Shown here piece by piece: positions 18,476-28,342 of a stretch of 55,381 nt of DNA (position 1 is its first letter; each line of letters begins with the position of its first letter). Under the pieces are notes generated by a model. It made no database searches. It saw only the letters and a program-made list of their open reading frames with translations, and was not told the DNA's origin. This DNA is from a virus, in the IMG/VR virus record IMGVR_UViG_3300000302_000006, positions 1 to 55,381 of that record. One strand, written 5' to 3'. Position numbers and translations under genes: made by a program.

Positions 18476-19060
18476 ATGAGAAAGAGAATAGTATCAATTT
18501 TATTAGTATCTTTGTTATCCGTATCAATGGTAGCTTGCGGAGCAGAAAAGAAAACTGGCGAGCCAAATCAGGAGCAAAAAACGGAAGATATTAAAAGCGA
18601 TGATGAATTATCACAAAGCGAATGGATAGAGAAATATGGAGATGATTTAATGGAAGATGGATATGAAAAAGTTGATTCCATTAACATAGATTCAGGAGAT
18701 ACAAAACTAGAATATATTTCTAATGAAAAGTTTACAACTGAAAGTGGAGAAGAACTGCTTCTCGTCAACTTTAATTTTTCTAATGTATCTGCCGGATCAA
18801 CAACAGTAGATGCGCAATATAATTTTTCTGCGTTTCAAGACGGTATTGAGATAACAGTATATTCGTGGCTTAACGATGAAATAGAGGGAGACGTAAATAG
18901 AGGAAAAGAAATTCTTGACGGTGCGTCTATCAATATATCTGTAGGTATTGCACCGGATAACTGGGATAGCCCAATAAAATTACGTGTTGATGATGCAATG
19001 GCTTATGACGATTTGGATACTCCACATAACTTTCAGCAACAAGAGATACAATTAAATTAA
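18476..19060 (+). CDS. secreted lipoprotein (DUF4352/DUF5067-like), moron
   Basis: Lipobox signal MRKRIVSILLVSLLSVSMVAC|G. Has its own promoter and terminator inside the tail operon. Confidence 0.8.
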   Translation: MRKRIVSILLVSLLSVSMVACGAEKKTGEPNQEQKTEDIKSDDELSQSEWIEKYGDDLMEDGYEKVDSINIDSGDTKLEYISNEKFTTESGEELLLVNFNFSNVSAGSTTVDAQYNFSAFQDGIEITVYSWLNDEIEGDVNRGKEILDGASINISVGIAPDNWDSPIKLRVDDAMAYDDLDTPHNFQQQEIQLN

Positions 19061-19082
19061 TTAAATGATGGCATATATTTAT

Positions 19083-19111
19083 AGCACTTATCTTCGGATA
19101 GGTGCTTTTTT
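19083..19111 (+). terminator. rho-independent terminator
   Basis: Stem AGCACTTATC/GATAGGTGCT, loop TTCG, T6. Confidence 0.75.
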
Positions 19112-19113
19112 GA

Positions 19114-19151
19114 TGCAATTAATTGCAAATAAATGCAATTCGGATGCAATT
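19114..19151. promoter_or_regulatory. 14-bp perfect palindrome TGCAATTAATTGCA plus two further ATGCAATT copies
   Basis: Read directly at 19114-19127, 19133-19140 and 19144-19151. Confidence 0.6.
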
Positions 19152-19178
19152 AAACCATAAAAACAGGAGGTGGTGCGC

Positions 19179-19568
19179 ATGGCCCTATCGTCTTTTTTGA
19201 ACGTAAATGGGTATGACTTCCCGTGTCCGAGACGTGGATTTTCATGGACAATTTCTACAACGGTAAATGCGGGTCGAAATGCCAATAATGCAGTGATTGG
19301 TCAGAGAGTAGGGCGTGACTTGTACAAGCTCGACAATATGGAGTGGGTCGGGCTGTCTCCGGCAGTCAGAAAACGGATGCTTGATGCGGTAAAGCCGTTC
19401 TATGTACCTGTCACATTTGAGGATATGGCGAATCCCGGTCATGTGATCACTATTACCATGTATCCGGGGGACAGGACGGGGAAACCGCTTTTCGTTGACC
19501 GGCTGACACACATGGTTTTACAGGACGAAACATTGTCATTCAATCTGATAGACGCAGGACTGGAGTGA
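19179..19568 (+). CDS. distal tail protein (Dit)-like
   Basis: Position after the tape measure gene. ACAGGAGG SD 8 nt upstream. Confidence 0.5.
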   Translation: MALSSFLNVNGYDFPCPRRGFSWTISTTVNAGRNANNAVIGQRVGRDLYKLDNMEWVGLSPAVRKRMLDAVKPFYVPVTFEDMANPGHVITITMYPGDRTGKPLFVDRLTHMVLQDETLSFNLIDAGLE

Positions 19569-19572
19569 TACC

Positions 19573-21807
19573 ATGCAACTTGTAAGCAAAGAATACAAAG
19601 AAGCAATGAAGCTACCGTTCCGAAACAGGGCGTACATAAGAGTGTCTATCGGAGTTGTAAACTCAGATGCGCAGAATAATGCCGTTCTTGGTGAAGAAAC
19701 AGAGCTTACATACTATTCTGATGGGAAAAAGCCGTTTGACGGATATACGGTCACGAAACCATATGCTACGGCGGAACAAAATTTCTCAAAGGTAGACGGT
19801 TCAATGCACTTCCTGCCGAAAGAGACGGACGGATACAGCTTTTACAATAACGGAATTGTCACAAATGATATTCTCGGTTCGGTATATATCTCTTTCAGTG
19901 GATTGGTCGGTCTGGATATTAAAGGGCTGACAATAGACTTTGGTGAATGTTATCCGACACAGTTTACCATACAGTCGGATTCGGGCACAAAAAGCTATGA
20001 GAATGACAAGCAGTTGTTTACTACAGAGGACTCTTTTGACGGAAGTTCTTACTTTATTATTACGCCTATTACAATGCTTGGCGGTCAAGACAGAATGAGA
20101 ATCTATCAAATGACGTTTGGCATTGCAAATACATTTTCAAATGATAAGGTTATCAACTGCTCTCTGAAAGACTATGTATCGCCTATTTCAGAGACGATAC
20201 CGAGCATGGATGTAAGTCTTACGATTGATAATCAAGATTTATATTATAGCCCAGACAACCCAGAGAGCGCTATTGCATACATGGAAATCGGACAGGAAGT
20301 AAAGGTATCGTTCGGATATGACGTGACAGGAAATGGCGATATTGAATGGCTGCCTGAGACTACATCATATCTGAATACATGGTCTGCGGACGATGTACAG
20401 GCAAAGTTCACAGCAACAGACAGATTCTATCAGTTGACAGATACTTATTACAAAGGGCTGTACAGGGAATCTGGAATTACTCTGTACGACTTGGCTCTGG
20501 ATGTTTTAAATGATGCAGGGATAGAGGATGAAAGAGAGTTTTATCTCGACCCTTATTTAAAGCGCATTAGAGTTTATAATCCACTTCCGGCGGTGAAACA
20601 CTCAGAAGCATTGCAGATTATAGCAAACGCCGGACGATGCGCTTTGTACGAGGACAGGGCAAATAAGATTCACTTGAAAGCATCATTCGTTCCTGATATG
20701 GAAGTATCGGTAAATAATAAGACGGATTACAGCAGCATTGAAAACCTGCTTAAAGACAACAAGAAAGACGCTTATGCGATTGCAAGTAATGACTTTTCCC
20801 TTGTGGACGGAAGTCTTTTCTTTATGCCAAAAGACGGAGGTTATAAGGAAACCGGATATGTCAGCAACAGTATAGCGGATGCAGACGGGAACTTTACCGA
20901 GAATCCAATCATTACAGTCACACTTGAAAGTGGGTTTACAGCGTTTGGAATGATAATGAATTTTCGGAATGTTGCGCCACAGGAATTTGTGATACGAACA
21001 TATTATTTAAACGTTCTTCAAGATACATACACCGTTCAAAATCCAGACACGGAATACATCACGGATCAACAGTTTAATGATTTTGACAAAATGGAAATCG
21101 AGTTCACAAAAGGACATCCAAACGCCAGAATCACGATAGACAATATTTTGATCGGTGATGTTACTGATTATCGCCTGTCACAGACAAGAGATTTGAATAC
21201 CAATCCGATTGGAACACGGCAGGAAAAAGTCAAGATGATATCCGTTAAGAAGACAAATTACCGCGAGTCACAAGAGGGATTCAAGGAGCTGATTACCGAG
21301 AAAGTTACGCTGACAGAAGAAATGCAACATACAGTGTATTTCTCTATTGCCTCATACGGATTTCAAGCGTCTGTTAAGGATAATAGCAACATTGGGGTGC
21401 AGATTGTTGCATCGAGCAACTACTTTGTTGCAGTTAAGTTCACAAACGCAACTTCTGGAACAGAAATTGAACTCGTTATTGAGGGATATGAATATGTGGC
21501 AGACGAATCTTATTATCGGGTGACACACAATCCCAACGGTCAGGAAATTGAATGGAGTAATCCCCTGATAAGCACGGACGAACAGGCAAGAGACTTAGAA
21601 GAGTGGATTGCAACCTATTACTTGGGCGATGTAGACTATGAGATTTCATGGCGTGGAGACCCGAGAGTAGAGGCAAACGACTTGTTTTATCTTGAATTAA
21701 AAAATCGAGAAGATGCGCTTATCCGGTCTTATCAAAATGCGCTGAGTTTTAATGGTGCATGGTCAGGCAGCATGAAAGCGAGAAAGGTGGTCATGTCATG
21801 GCAATAA
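19573..21807 (+). CDS. tail-associated protein (Tal-like / baseplate hub)
   Basis: 744 aa. Position after Dit. Confidence 0.6.
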   Translation: MQLVSKEYKEAMKLPFRNRAYIRVSIGVVNSDAQNNAVLGEETELTYYSDGKKPFDGYTVTKPYATAEQNFSKVDGSMHFLPKETDGYSFYNNGIVTNDILGSVYISFSGLVGLDIKGLTIDFGECYPTQFTIQSDSGTKSYENDKQLFTTEDSFDGSSYFIITPITMLGGQDRMRIYQMTFGIANTFSNDKVINCSLKDYVSPISETIPSMDVSLTIDNQDLYYSPDNPESAIAYMEIGQEVKVSFGYDVTGNGDIEWLPETTSYLNTWSADDVQAKFTATDRFYQLTDTYYKGLYRESGITLYDLALDVLNDAGIEDEREFYLDPYLKRIRVYNPLPAVKHSEALQIIANAGRCALYEDRANKIHLKASFVPDMEVSVNNKTDYSSIENLLKDNKKDAYAIASNDFSLVDGSLFFMPKDGGYKETGYVSNSIADADGNFTENPIITVTLESGFTAFGMIMNFRNVAPQEFVIRTYYLNVLQDTYTVQNPDTEYITDQQFNDFDKMEIEFTKGHPNARITIDNILIGDVTDYRLSQTRDLNTNPIGTRQEKVKMISVKKTNYRESQEGFKELITEKVTLTEEMQHTVYFSIASYGFQASVKDNSNIGVQIVASSNYFVAVKFTNATSGTEIELVIEGYEYVADESYYRVTHNPNGQEIEWSNPLISTDEQARDLEEWIATYYLGDVDYEISWRGDPRVEANDLFYLELKNREDALIRSYQNALSFNGAWSGSMKARKVVMSWQ

Positions 21808-22226
21808 CGGTAGAGTGGATTGAGCCGAAAACAGATTGGAGTCCAGACCCCGAAAAAAACAAATTCAACATTGAGGACTATAATCGGATAAAGAATAACT
21901 TGACATATCTCCATGAATATGCAAACGAACTGTATGTTCCTTTTGAAACCGAAGACATGGGAGACAATGCAACTTATTCGATATTTTGGGACGTGGACAA
22001 GTTTAATGCTTTTGAGCGGAATCTTGACGAGATTAATCGGCGTATTTATACGCAGGATTTTGGAGCATCTCAGACGTTTTATCCAAATGGCGTATTTATA
22101 CAGGCGGATGAGCTGAATCGAATCGAAAGCGCAATGCTGTCTATGAAAGACATTCTTGACAGGCAAAAAGCAGGAATCAGGAGATTACCGTTCAGACTCG
22201 GTCAGTATAAATCAATCAGGATTTAA
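21798..22226 (+). CDS. tail fibre-module protein
   Basis: Position. Overlapping start. Confidence 0.5.
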   Translation: MAITVEWIEPKTDWSPDPEKNKFNIEDYNRIKNNLTYLHEYANELYVPFETEDMGDNATYSIFWDVDKFNAFERNLDEINRRIYTQDFGASQTFYPNGVFIQADELNRIESAMLSMKDILDRQKAGIRRLPFRLGQYKSIRI

Positions 22227-22237
22227 GGAGAATTGCC

Positions 22238-22549
22238 ATGCGTACATTAGTTTTTGAAGCAGATGGTCAGAAATTAAAGAAATCATCGTCATGCGACTTT
22301 TCAGGCGTTGCAAAAGGTTCAAAGGGGTATCTTGAAGCACAGTTTGCTTTGTCTAAAGATTGGAATGATTGTCTGATCGCAGCATCATTCTTTCGTTGGG
22401 GAAAAGAATATGCGCAACCTGTTATTAATGGAAAATGTACAATTCCTCCTGCGGCACTTGTAGGAAATGAATTTTATGTTCAGCTTACTGGACTTAAAAA
22501 CGGTCAAAAGATACCAACAAATAAAGTCAGAGTAGAACAGGAGGGGTAA
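22238..22549 (+). CDS. hypothetical tail-module protein
   Basis: ORF plus SD. Confidence 0.5.
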   Translation: MRTLVFEADGQKLKKSSSCDFSGVAKGSKGYLEAQFALSKDWNDCLIAASFFRWGKEYAQPVINGKCTIPPAALVGNEFYVQLTGLKNGQKIPTNKVRVEQEG

Positions 22550-22550
22550 C

Positions 22551-24815
22551 ATGACAGCGGATGAAGTATTACAGCAGATGCAGGCGTTACAGTCTGATAA
22601 TCGAGCATACTGTGTTATTGACCCTGATACAAGAGAAATATCAATACCTTCAAAATATCAGCGCTTAGGTGTTGAAAGTGATGAAAAATCAGAACGCATC
22701 TGGTTTCAGTGCCCGAGAATTGTAGGAGATAACATTGATCTGTCTGAATTACAGTTAAGAGTAAACTATCAAAACGCAAATAACCAAAAAGATCAATACA
22801 TTGTAACAGATGTGCAAGTTGATGGAGACAATATTGTGTTCTCGTGGCAGTTGTACCGTAAGGTCACAGCATATCAAGGAAGCGTGTCGTTTATCGTTTG
22901 TGCTGTTAGAGTGTCAGGAGAAATAATCCAAAATGAATGGAACACAACATTAGCCACATCACAGGTATTACAAGGACTAGAAGTAGAAAACCCTGAAATT
23001 ACAGAGGAAGAATCAGATGTAATCGCACAATTATTACAGATTGTGACCAACACATCCGAACAGGCTGTAAGTGATGTGAACACAGCAAAAACAGGGGCAA
23101 TTAGCGCAATTACAGAACAACAGACGGACAGTGTTGGAGCTGTGCAAAGTGCACAACTATCAGCAGTATCATCGGTAGAAAGCGCTGGGGAATTGATAAA
23201 AGAGAGTTTACCTTCGGATTATGTTGAATTGTCAGACAATGTGGATGAAATGGATAGAACCAAAGCACCAGCTATCATAGAAAATGCATCCGGTGAATCT
23301 ATCAAACTATCAGACAGCGCAAATACACCGCTATCAGATACACACCTGTATGGAAAGAGTGACCAAGAGACAACGACAGGGGCGAATCTGTTTGATATTT
23401 CTGTAGGTTTTGGCGCTGAAAAATCAATGGAATTGGAAGCAGAGTCAGGTAAAAAGCTATACATCATGGTTAGCGATACAAGCGGATCAAGACAAGTTAA
23501 TTATCGACTTGTATATACTGATGATAGTGTATATGATGCGGCCATAATTAATGCAAATGATGTGAATGGAACACACAAAACGATTGTTACGTTGGAGAAA
23601 GACATTAAGGCGATCTCGATATATATAGTTAGCGCCCCGGATCTCGTGGACAGAACGATAGATAAGGCAATGGTAAGTATATCAGATGTCGAAATTCCTT
23701 ATGAACCATATACCGGCGGAGAAGCCTCACCATCTCCTGATTATCCACAGCAGATTACGATACCGGGAATCGAAGGTAGTATAGGCATAGAGGTTGCGGG
23801 CGAAAATCTCTTTGACGCAGGCAAGGTGAAATCATCATCAGCTACTGTGATCGTGGAAAACGATGGAAAAATCATCCGGGCATCTGGAAAAACGGCATGG
23901 GCACAATCTGGCGCGGTAATTGTAAATGTTAATCCGGGAGAAGAGTTCACCGCAAGCATAGACGAGATACAGACAACTGGAAGCTCTATCATTGCAATTC
24001 AGTATAGTTCTAATAATGAATCAATTGGTTCTTTAACTAATAGCAACAGGGCAAAAACATTTACCGTAAAAAATGGGGAAACAAGCATCAGAATTATATT
24101 TGTCGCAAATGCAAAATCAGATGAACAAAGTAGTGATGTTAATGCGGTATTTGTTGGATTTATGCTAAGTAGGGGCGGTTCGGCTCTTCCTTTTGAACCA
24201 TACGCCGGGAGGCAGTTCTGTCAATTATTAACTCCAAACGGTTTTCCTGGAATTCCAGTTACGTCTGGGGGAAACTACACTGATTCAGACGGACAGCAAT
24301 GGATTTGTGATGAAGTTGATTATGCGCGTGGGAAATATGTGCAGAGGGTGCAAATACTAGATAGTGACGATTTGCAAATAAGTACTTATAGTAGCAGCTA
24401 TATTATCCAAGACAAGACATCGTCCAACGTCAAAGTTCCAGAACCTAAGTATGACGCTATGATTTGCAATATATGTAATCGATGGTCAGAATCATGGGAT
24501 AATAATTATGTCCATATGTTCTTGCAAAAAAAAGGGCAAAAAATAGTAATCATTGGAAAATGGACAGATTCACAAGAAGCCAAAGCTGTACTTGATAAGG
24601 GTGTTACTGTTGTATATCCAATAGAAACTCCCATCGAAACCGACCTCACCACCGAGCAACTAACCGCCCTGAAACAGCTCCGCACCTACCAGACCGTAAC
24701 AAACATTACAACAGACTCAGAGCCGCAGATTGGTATGGAAGTAGAGTACACGGCGGATACAAAGACGTGGATTGAGAATAAAATACAAGAAATACAAAAA
24801 ATATTTTTGAATTAA
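22551..24815 (+). CDS. receptor-binding / baseplate upper protein (BppU-N, DUF2479-like N-terminus)
   Basis: 754 aa. The N-terminal 150 aa pattern (SERIWFQCPR...GDNIVFSWQL...GSVSFIV) resembles BppU_N. Confidence 0.65.
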   Translation: MTADEVLQQMQALQSDNRAYCVIDPDTREISIPSKYQRLGVESDEKSERIWFQCPRIVGDNIDLSELQLRVNYQNANNQKDQYIVTDVQVDGDNIVFSWQLYRKVTAYQGSVSFIVCAVRVSGEIIQNEWNTTLATSQVLQGLEVENPEITEEESDVIAQLLQIVTNTSEQAVSDVNTAKTGAISAITEQQTDSVGAVQSAQLSAVSSVESAGELIKESLPSDYVELSDNVDEMDRTKAPAIIENASGESIKLSDSANTPLSDTHLYGKSDQETTTGANLFDISVGFGAEKSMELEAESGKKLYIMVSDTSGSRQVNYRLVYTDDSVYDAAIINANDVNGTHKTIVTLEKDIKAISIYIVSAPDLVDRTIDKAMVSISDVEIPYEPYTGGEASPSPDYPQQITIPGIEGSIGIEVAGENLFDAGKVKSSSATVIVENDGKIIRASGKTAWAQSGAVIVNVNPGEEFTASIDEIQTTGSSIIAIQYSSNNESIGSLTNSNRAKTFTVKNGETSIRIIFVANAKSDEQSSDVNAVFVGFMLSRGGSALPFEPYAGRQFCQLLTPNGFPGIPVTSGGNYTDSDGQQWICDEVDYARGKYVQRVQILDSDDLQISTYSSSYIIQDKTSSNVKVPEPKYDAMICNICNRWSESWDNNYVHMFLQKKGQKIVIIGKWTDSQEAKAVLDKGVTVVYPIETPIETDLTTEQLTALKQLRTYQTVTNITTDSEPQIGMEVEYTADTKTWIENKIQEIQKIFLN

Positions 24816-24850
24816 AGAATGGATCAAAACTGGAAATAAGGAGACGTGAC

Positions 24851-25483
24851 ATGGCAAAGCAGATTTTACCAACAAATTTTTTAGATGATATTCTTGCGCA
24901 GTCAATGAGGGGGAAAAGAAAATTCACCATTACAGATAATGGTGACGGCACATATGAAATTGAAGATGTAACAGATTACACGCAGACCGGTTCTGATTTT
25001 GGAGCCGGTCAAATTAATGCCACAAATAAAGCCGTGAATGAGTCTTGCGATAAGGCAGATGTGATAGATGATTATGATGATCTTGTGGCAAACAAAGCTC
25101 CGGGCAAAATAGCAGGTGCATTAGCGGTTGCTGGGTTAATTGGTAAATTAAATGTGTATGAAACCAGTAATAATGGTGGATGGACGGTAGTTAAACATCT
25201 CAATGGATGGACTGAATTGCATATAACAGCGATGATTCCTCGGGCAAGCACCGAACCGCATTCACAGGCTCTCAACTTTCCCGATGGGATTCAGCTCCGA
25301 AACGCCCAGACATTCATCACGCCAGCCCGGAATGGCTGGAATGTCGCAAATTACTATCATAACAACGATAGTCAAGACTCTATGACAACACCGATTAATC
25401 ACACCAATTTGGTCTTTTCGGCAAAAACAACCCAGTCTCTTACCTATTATTTTGAAGTGATTGTCTGCGGATTTGAAGTGTAA
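24851..25483 (+). CDS. tail fibre-associated protein
   Basis: Position. Confidence 0.45.
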   Translation: MAKQILPTNFLDDILAQSMRGKRKFTITDNGDGTYEIEDVTDYTQTGSDFGAGQINATNKAVNESCDKADVIDDYDDLVANKAPGKIAGALAVAGLIGKLNVYETSNNGGWTVVKHLNGWTELHITAMIPRASTEPHSQALNFPDGIQLRNAQTFITPARNGWNVANYYHNNDSQDSMTTPINHTNLVFSAKTTQSLTYYFEVIVCGFEV

Positions 25484-25510
25484 AAATCATAAAAACAATA
25501 GGAGAAAAGT

Positions 25511-26221
25511 ATGGCATATTTAAAGTTTTTAAATTCACAACAAGTATATAAATGCAAAGTAATTCCACAAAATAATATTGTTACACTGAAATTTGATTCA
25601 GAAATGGAAGTTTCGGCCGCAGGATTTGACCTGTATCATGATGAGACGTGCGAAACTGACATTGGAATCGGATTCTATCATGCGTTCACTACGATATACC
25701 GCAACGACGCTACAACAGCCGAATATAATGGTTATCAGCTTTCAAAAGACGGTAGTGTGTATGTTGAGCCGGAGCCGCCTGAGCCATATGAGCCAACGCT
25801 TGAAGAGTTGAAAGCACAAAAAATCTTGGAAATGGAAGACGTAAAAAGTCAAATAATCGAAAATGGAATTGACGTAACGCTTCTTGACGAAACTAAAAAG
25901 CACTTTCCGCTTGACAATAAGAGCTTGCTTTATATGATGGGTCTTCAATCTATGGTAGCGGAAGGACAAGAACAAATTCCGTGGCACACAGATGATGAAA
26001 ATGAACCTTGTGAGTTTTACAGTAATTATGACATGAAAACAATTATGTCAACAGCACTTTCGTTTATTATGTATAACGAAACAAGAATTCGTGATCTCAC
26101 ACGATACATTAACTCGCTGACGGATAAAGAAAGTGTTCAAGCGATTACATATAATACCGAGATACCAGAGGAATTTCAATCGGAAGTTTTACAAACAATG
26201 TCAATGGGGATGCAAAAATGA
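25511..26221 (+). CDS. tail fibre-associated protein
   Basis: Position. Confidence 0.45.
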   Translation: MAYLKFLNSQQVYKCKVIPQNNIVTLKFDSEMEVSAAGFDLYHDETCETDIGIGFYHAFTTIYRNDATTAEYNGYQLSKDGSVYVEPEPPEPYEPTLEELKAQKILEMEDVKSQIIENGIDVTLLDETKKHFPLDNKSLLYMMGLQSMVAEGQEQIPWHTDDENEPCEFYSNYDMKTIMSTALSFIMYNETRIRDLTRYINSLTDKESVQAITYNTEIPEEFQSEVLQTMSMGMQK

Positions 26222-26631
26222 AAAACTTTATAAAATATGCAATATTACTTATAATTGGAGGCGCAGCGTATTATTTCATAGAAATTTTGGCGCGCGGCTT
26301 CTCCCACTGGACGATGTTTTTGGTCGGTGGTATATGTTTTATTCTTGTTGGAATTATCAATGAGATAACGCCAAAAATGCCGTTAATAAGGCAAATGCTT
26401 TTAAGTGCGGTAATTATTACAGCCGTGGAGTTTATTTCTGGTTGCATCCTGAATATCTGGCTCGGATTATCCATTTGGGATTACACGGACGAAATCGGAA
26501 ATATTTTCGGTCAGATTTGCCCCAAACATACAGTGTATTGGTTTCTGTTATCTGCGGTAGCCATATTCCTTGATGACTTTATACGTTATAAGTTTTTTGG
26601 CGAAGAAAAGCCACATTATAAGATTGTGTAG
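26218..26631 (+). CDS. polytopic membrane protein (PF06541 'putative ABC-transporter type IV'-like)
   Basis: Four predicted TM segments. Pattern YYFIEILARG...SIWDYTD...GQICPKHTVYWFLLS. Confidence 0.6.
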   Translation: MKNFIKYAILLIIGGAAYYFIEILARGFSHWTMFLVGGICFILVGIINEITPKMPLIRQMLLSAVIITAVEFISGCILNIWLGLSIWDYTDEIGNIFGQICPKHTVYWFLLSAVAIFLDDFIRYKFFGEEKPHYKIV

Positions 26632-26657
26632 GAGGGTGAATCCCTCTTACACTTTTT
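26626..26657. terminator. bidirectional terminator between convergent genes
   Basis: 11-bp stem GTGTAGGAGGG/CCCTCTTACAC followed by T5. Confidence 0.65.
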
Positions 26658-26940
26658 GAAGAACAAATTTTAGTTTCCCGTTTGTGAGATTAAACTTTCT
26701 CATTTCTCTTTCCAATAATTCATTATCATCAATGTCAAATATATCAACATAAGAGATGTGAGTATTTTCACAAATTTTGATAAAAGTAGATAAATTAATA
26801 TCAGAAACTTTTTCGTTAACTATGTTGTACATACCATGATATGAAATATTGCATATCATAGATAGCTGTATAATGCTCCAATTGTTTTGATTCATTTTTT
26901 TCACTAATTCATTACTCAGACGTGACAGATATTTAACCAT
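26647..26940 (-). CDS. XRE-type HTH regulator
   Basis: WSIIQLSMICNISYHGMYNIVNEK HTH pattern. AAGGGGGA SD. Confidence 0.6.
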   Translation of the reverse strand: MVKYLSRLSNELVKKMNQNNWSIIQLSMICNISYHGMYNIVNEKVSDINLSTFIKICENTHISYVDIFDIDDNELLEREMRKFNLTNGKLKFVLQKV

Positions 26941-27150
26941 ATTATCCCCCTTATGTAAAAACACAGAAAAACTTTTACCTTGAATGAAAAGTGATAGCGG
27001 TAAAGTAAAATCGTCCTCAAAAAGAGGGCACTTCAAGTTCTGGTGTGGGGGATGTTTCATTTTGTTGCGTTCCCCACAAATAAGATTTTATCTGATTTTC
27101 CAGAAATATACAGTCGAAACTTGTCGAGAGTTTAAATTTGTGGAGGAATT

Positions 27151-27303
27151 ATGGGAAATAGTCAGGAAGTAAAGCCGCTGAGACCGAAAGAGTATTACCG
27201 GGACAGGATCGTGAAGATTGTTTCGGAGATTCAGAGCGAAGATATTTTGCAGTACATATATATTATCGTGACGGATGTATCACAGGAGGTTTCTAATGAG
27301 TAA
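27151..27303 (+). CDS. small protein (50 aa), paralog of 49151..49297
   Basis: My own translation. Shared YR..I...V..I...D.LQYI.IIV.D motif. GGAGGA SD. Confidence 0.5.
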   Translation: MGNSQEVKPLRPKEYYRDRIVKIVSEIQSEDILQYIYIIVTDVSQEVSNE

Positions 27304-27586
27304 CAAAAAGAAAATGATTTACGACACAAGCAAGAGCGGATTTGAAAAAATAGGAATTAAATTAACGGACGAACAGTTTGACGATTTGTGCGCCATAAAT
27401 TACAGAATTATTGGAAATGACAAGTATACATCAGTTCTCAGTATTTTGTGCGTATTAAAGACACTTGGGCTCATACCAGAAGAAATGCAGTGCGAACCAT
27501 ATGACGGAGAGCCAGAGTATAAAAACACAGATCATGGAAAAGAATATCAAAGAAAATTCGGATTTATTTCTCATATAGAAGAATAG
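27296..27586 (+). CDS. hypothetical protein (96 aa)
   Basis: ORF plus AGGAGG SD. Confidence 0.5.
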   Translation: MSNKKKMIYDTSKSGFEKIGIKLTDEQFDDLCAINYRIIGNDKYTSVLSILCVLKTLGLIPEEMQCEPYDGEPEYKNTDHGKEYQRKFGFISHIEE

Positions 27587-27587
27587 C

Positions 27588-27785
27588 CTACAATTCGTAG
27601 GCTTTCTTCAATGGAGTGAAACCCTCGTTTGTGCTATCAATATATTTATTCAGTCGAAGAGACTTTGTATATTTGATTATTTCCTCATCATCAAGACCAC
27701 TTTTTTCAACTAAGACTCTATAAGGGCAATAGCCTTCTTCATTTACGTTTTCCATAATAATTTTTAATATATCCATATTTGTCAT
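27588..27785 (-). CDS. small winged-helix-like protein
   Basis: ORF co-transcribed with the repressor. Confidence 0.45.
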   Translation of the reverse strand: MTNMDILKIIMENVNEEGYCPYRVLVEKSGLDDEEIIKYTKSLRLNKYIDSTNEGFTPLKKAYEL

Positions 27786-27788
27786 AGT

Positions 27789-28130
27789 TTAACCCTCACT
27801 TAATAGATTTATCAATTCAATAACGTGCTTTTTCTTCTTGTCGGACAGATCAAAGTATTTCTCCAATGCCTGAGTTAGTCCGGCATCATTTCTTATCTTT
27901 GCGACAAGGTGAGCAGATTCAGCACCATATTTGTCAAACTCAGGTTCTTTTCCTGTTGTTAAATATTCCAACGACACACCGAAATAATCAGCAATCTTTT
28001 GCAAGGTTTTTGTGTTTGGATTTATTTTGTCTAATTTAGATATATAGCCTTTTGCGAGACCAATTTCGATTTCAGCAAGGTTCATTGAAATACCTTTTAT
28101 CTTACACAGTTCTTTTACTCTTTCTTTCAT
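27789..28130 (-). CDS. CI-like XRE-family repressor
   Basis: N-terminal HTH (ISMNLAEIEIGLAKGYISKLD...LQKIADYFGVSLEYL). Divergent from the cro-like gene. Confidence 0.8.
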   Translation of the reverse strand: MKERVKELCKIKGISMNLAEIEIGLAKGYISKLDKINPNTKTLQKIADYFGVSLEYLTTGKEPEFDKYGAESAHLVAKIRNDAGLTQALEKYFDLSDKKKKHVIELINLLSEG

Positions 28131-28147
28131 TATTAATACACCTTACC

Positions 28148-28342
28148 TTCTGAATAAAATGCAAAAATAACACTTGACATTCTGAATATAATGCGTATAA
28201 TAATATTAAAGGTTCTGAAAGAAATGCAAAATTATAGCGTTATATTAAATGCCTGAATAGTATTTATTAATTTATTGGTGGTGCTTTAAATTATAGAATA
28301 TATTCAGAATTTAGTCAATATAATTTAGTCAAGTTTTCAGAA
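28148..28342. promoter_or_regulatory. genetic-switch region: five TTCTGAA half-sites and a rightward promoter
   Basis: The rightward promoter is TTGACA 28174-79 and TATAAT 28196-28201. TTCTGAA lies at 28148, 28180 and 28213 (+) and at 28303 and 28336 (inverted). Two copies are extended as TTCTGAAnAnAAATGCAAAA. Confidence 0.65.

Noticed and set aside
22551-26221. Diversity-generating retroelement targeting the tail fibre genes
   Set aside because: No reverse transcriptase gene is present, and I saw no template/variable repeat pair.
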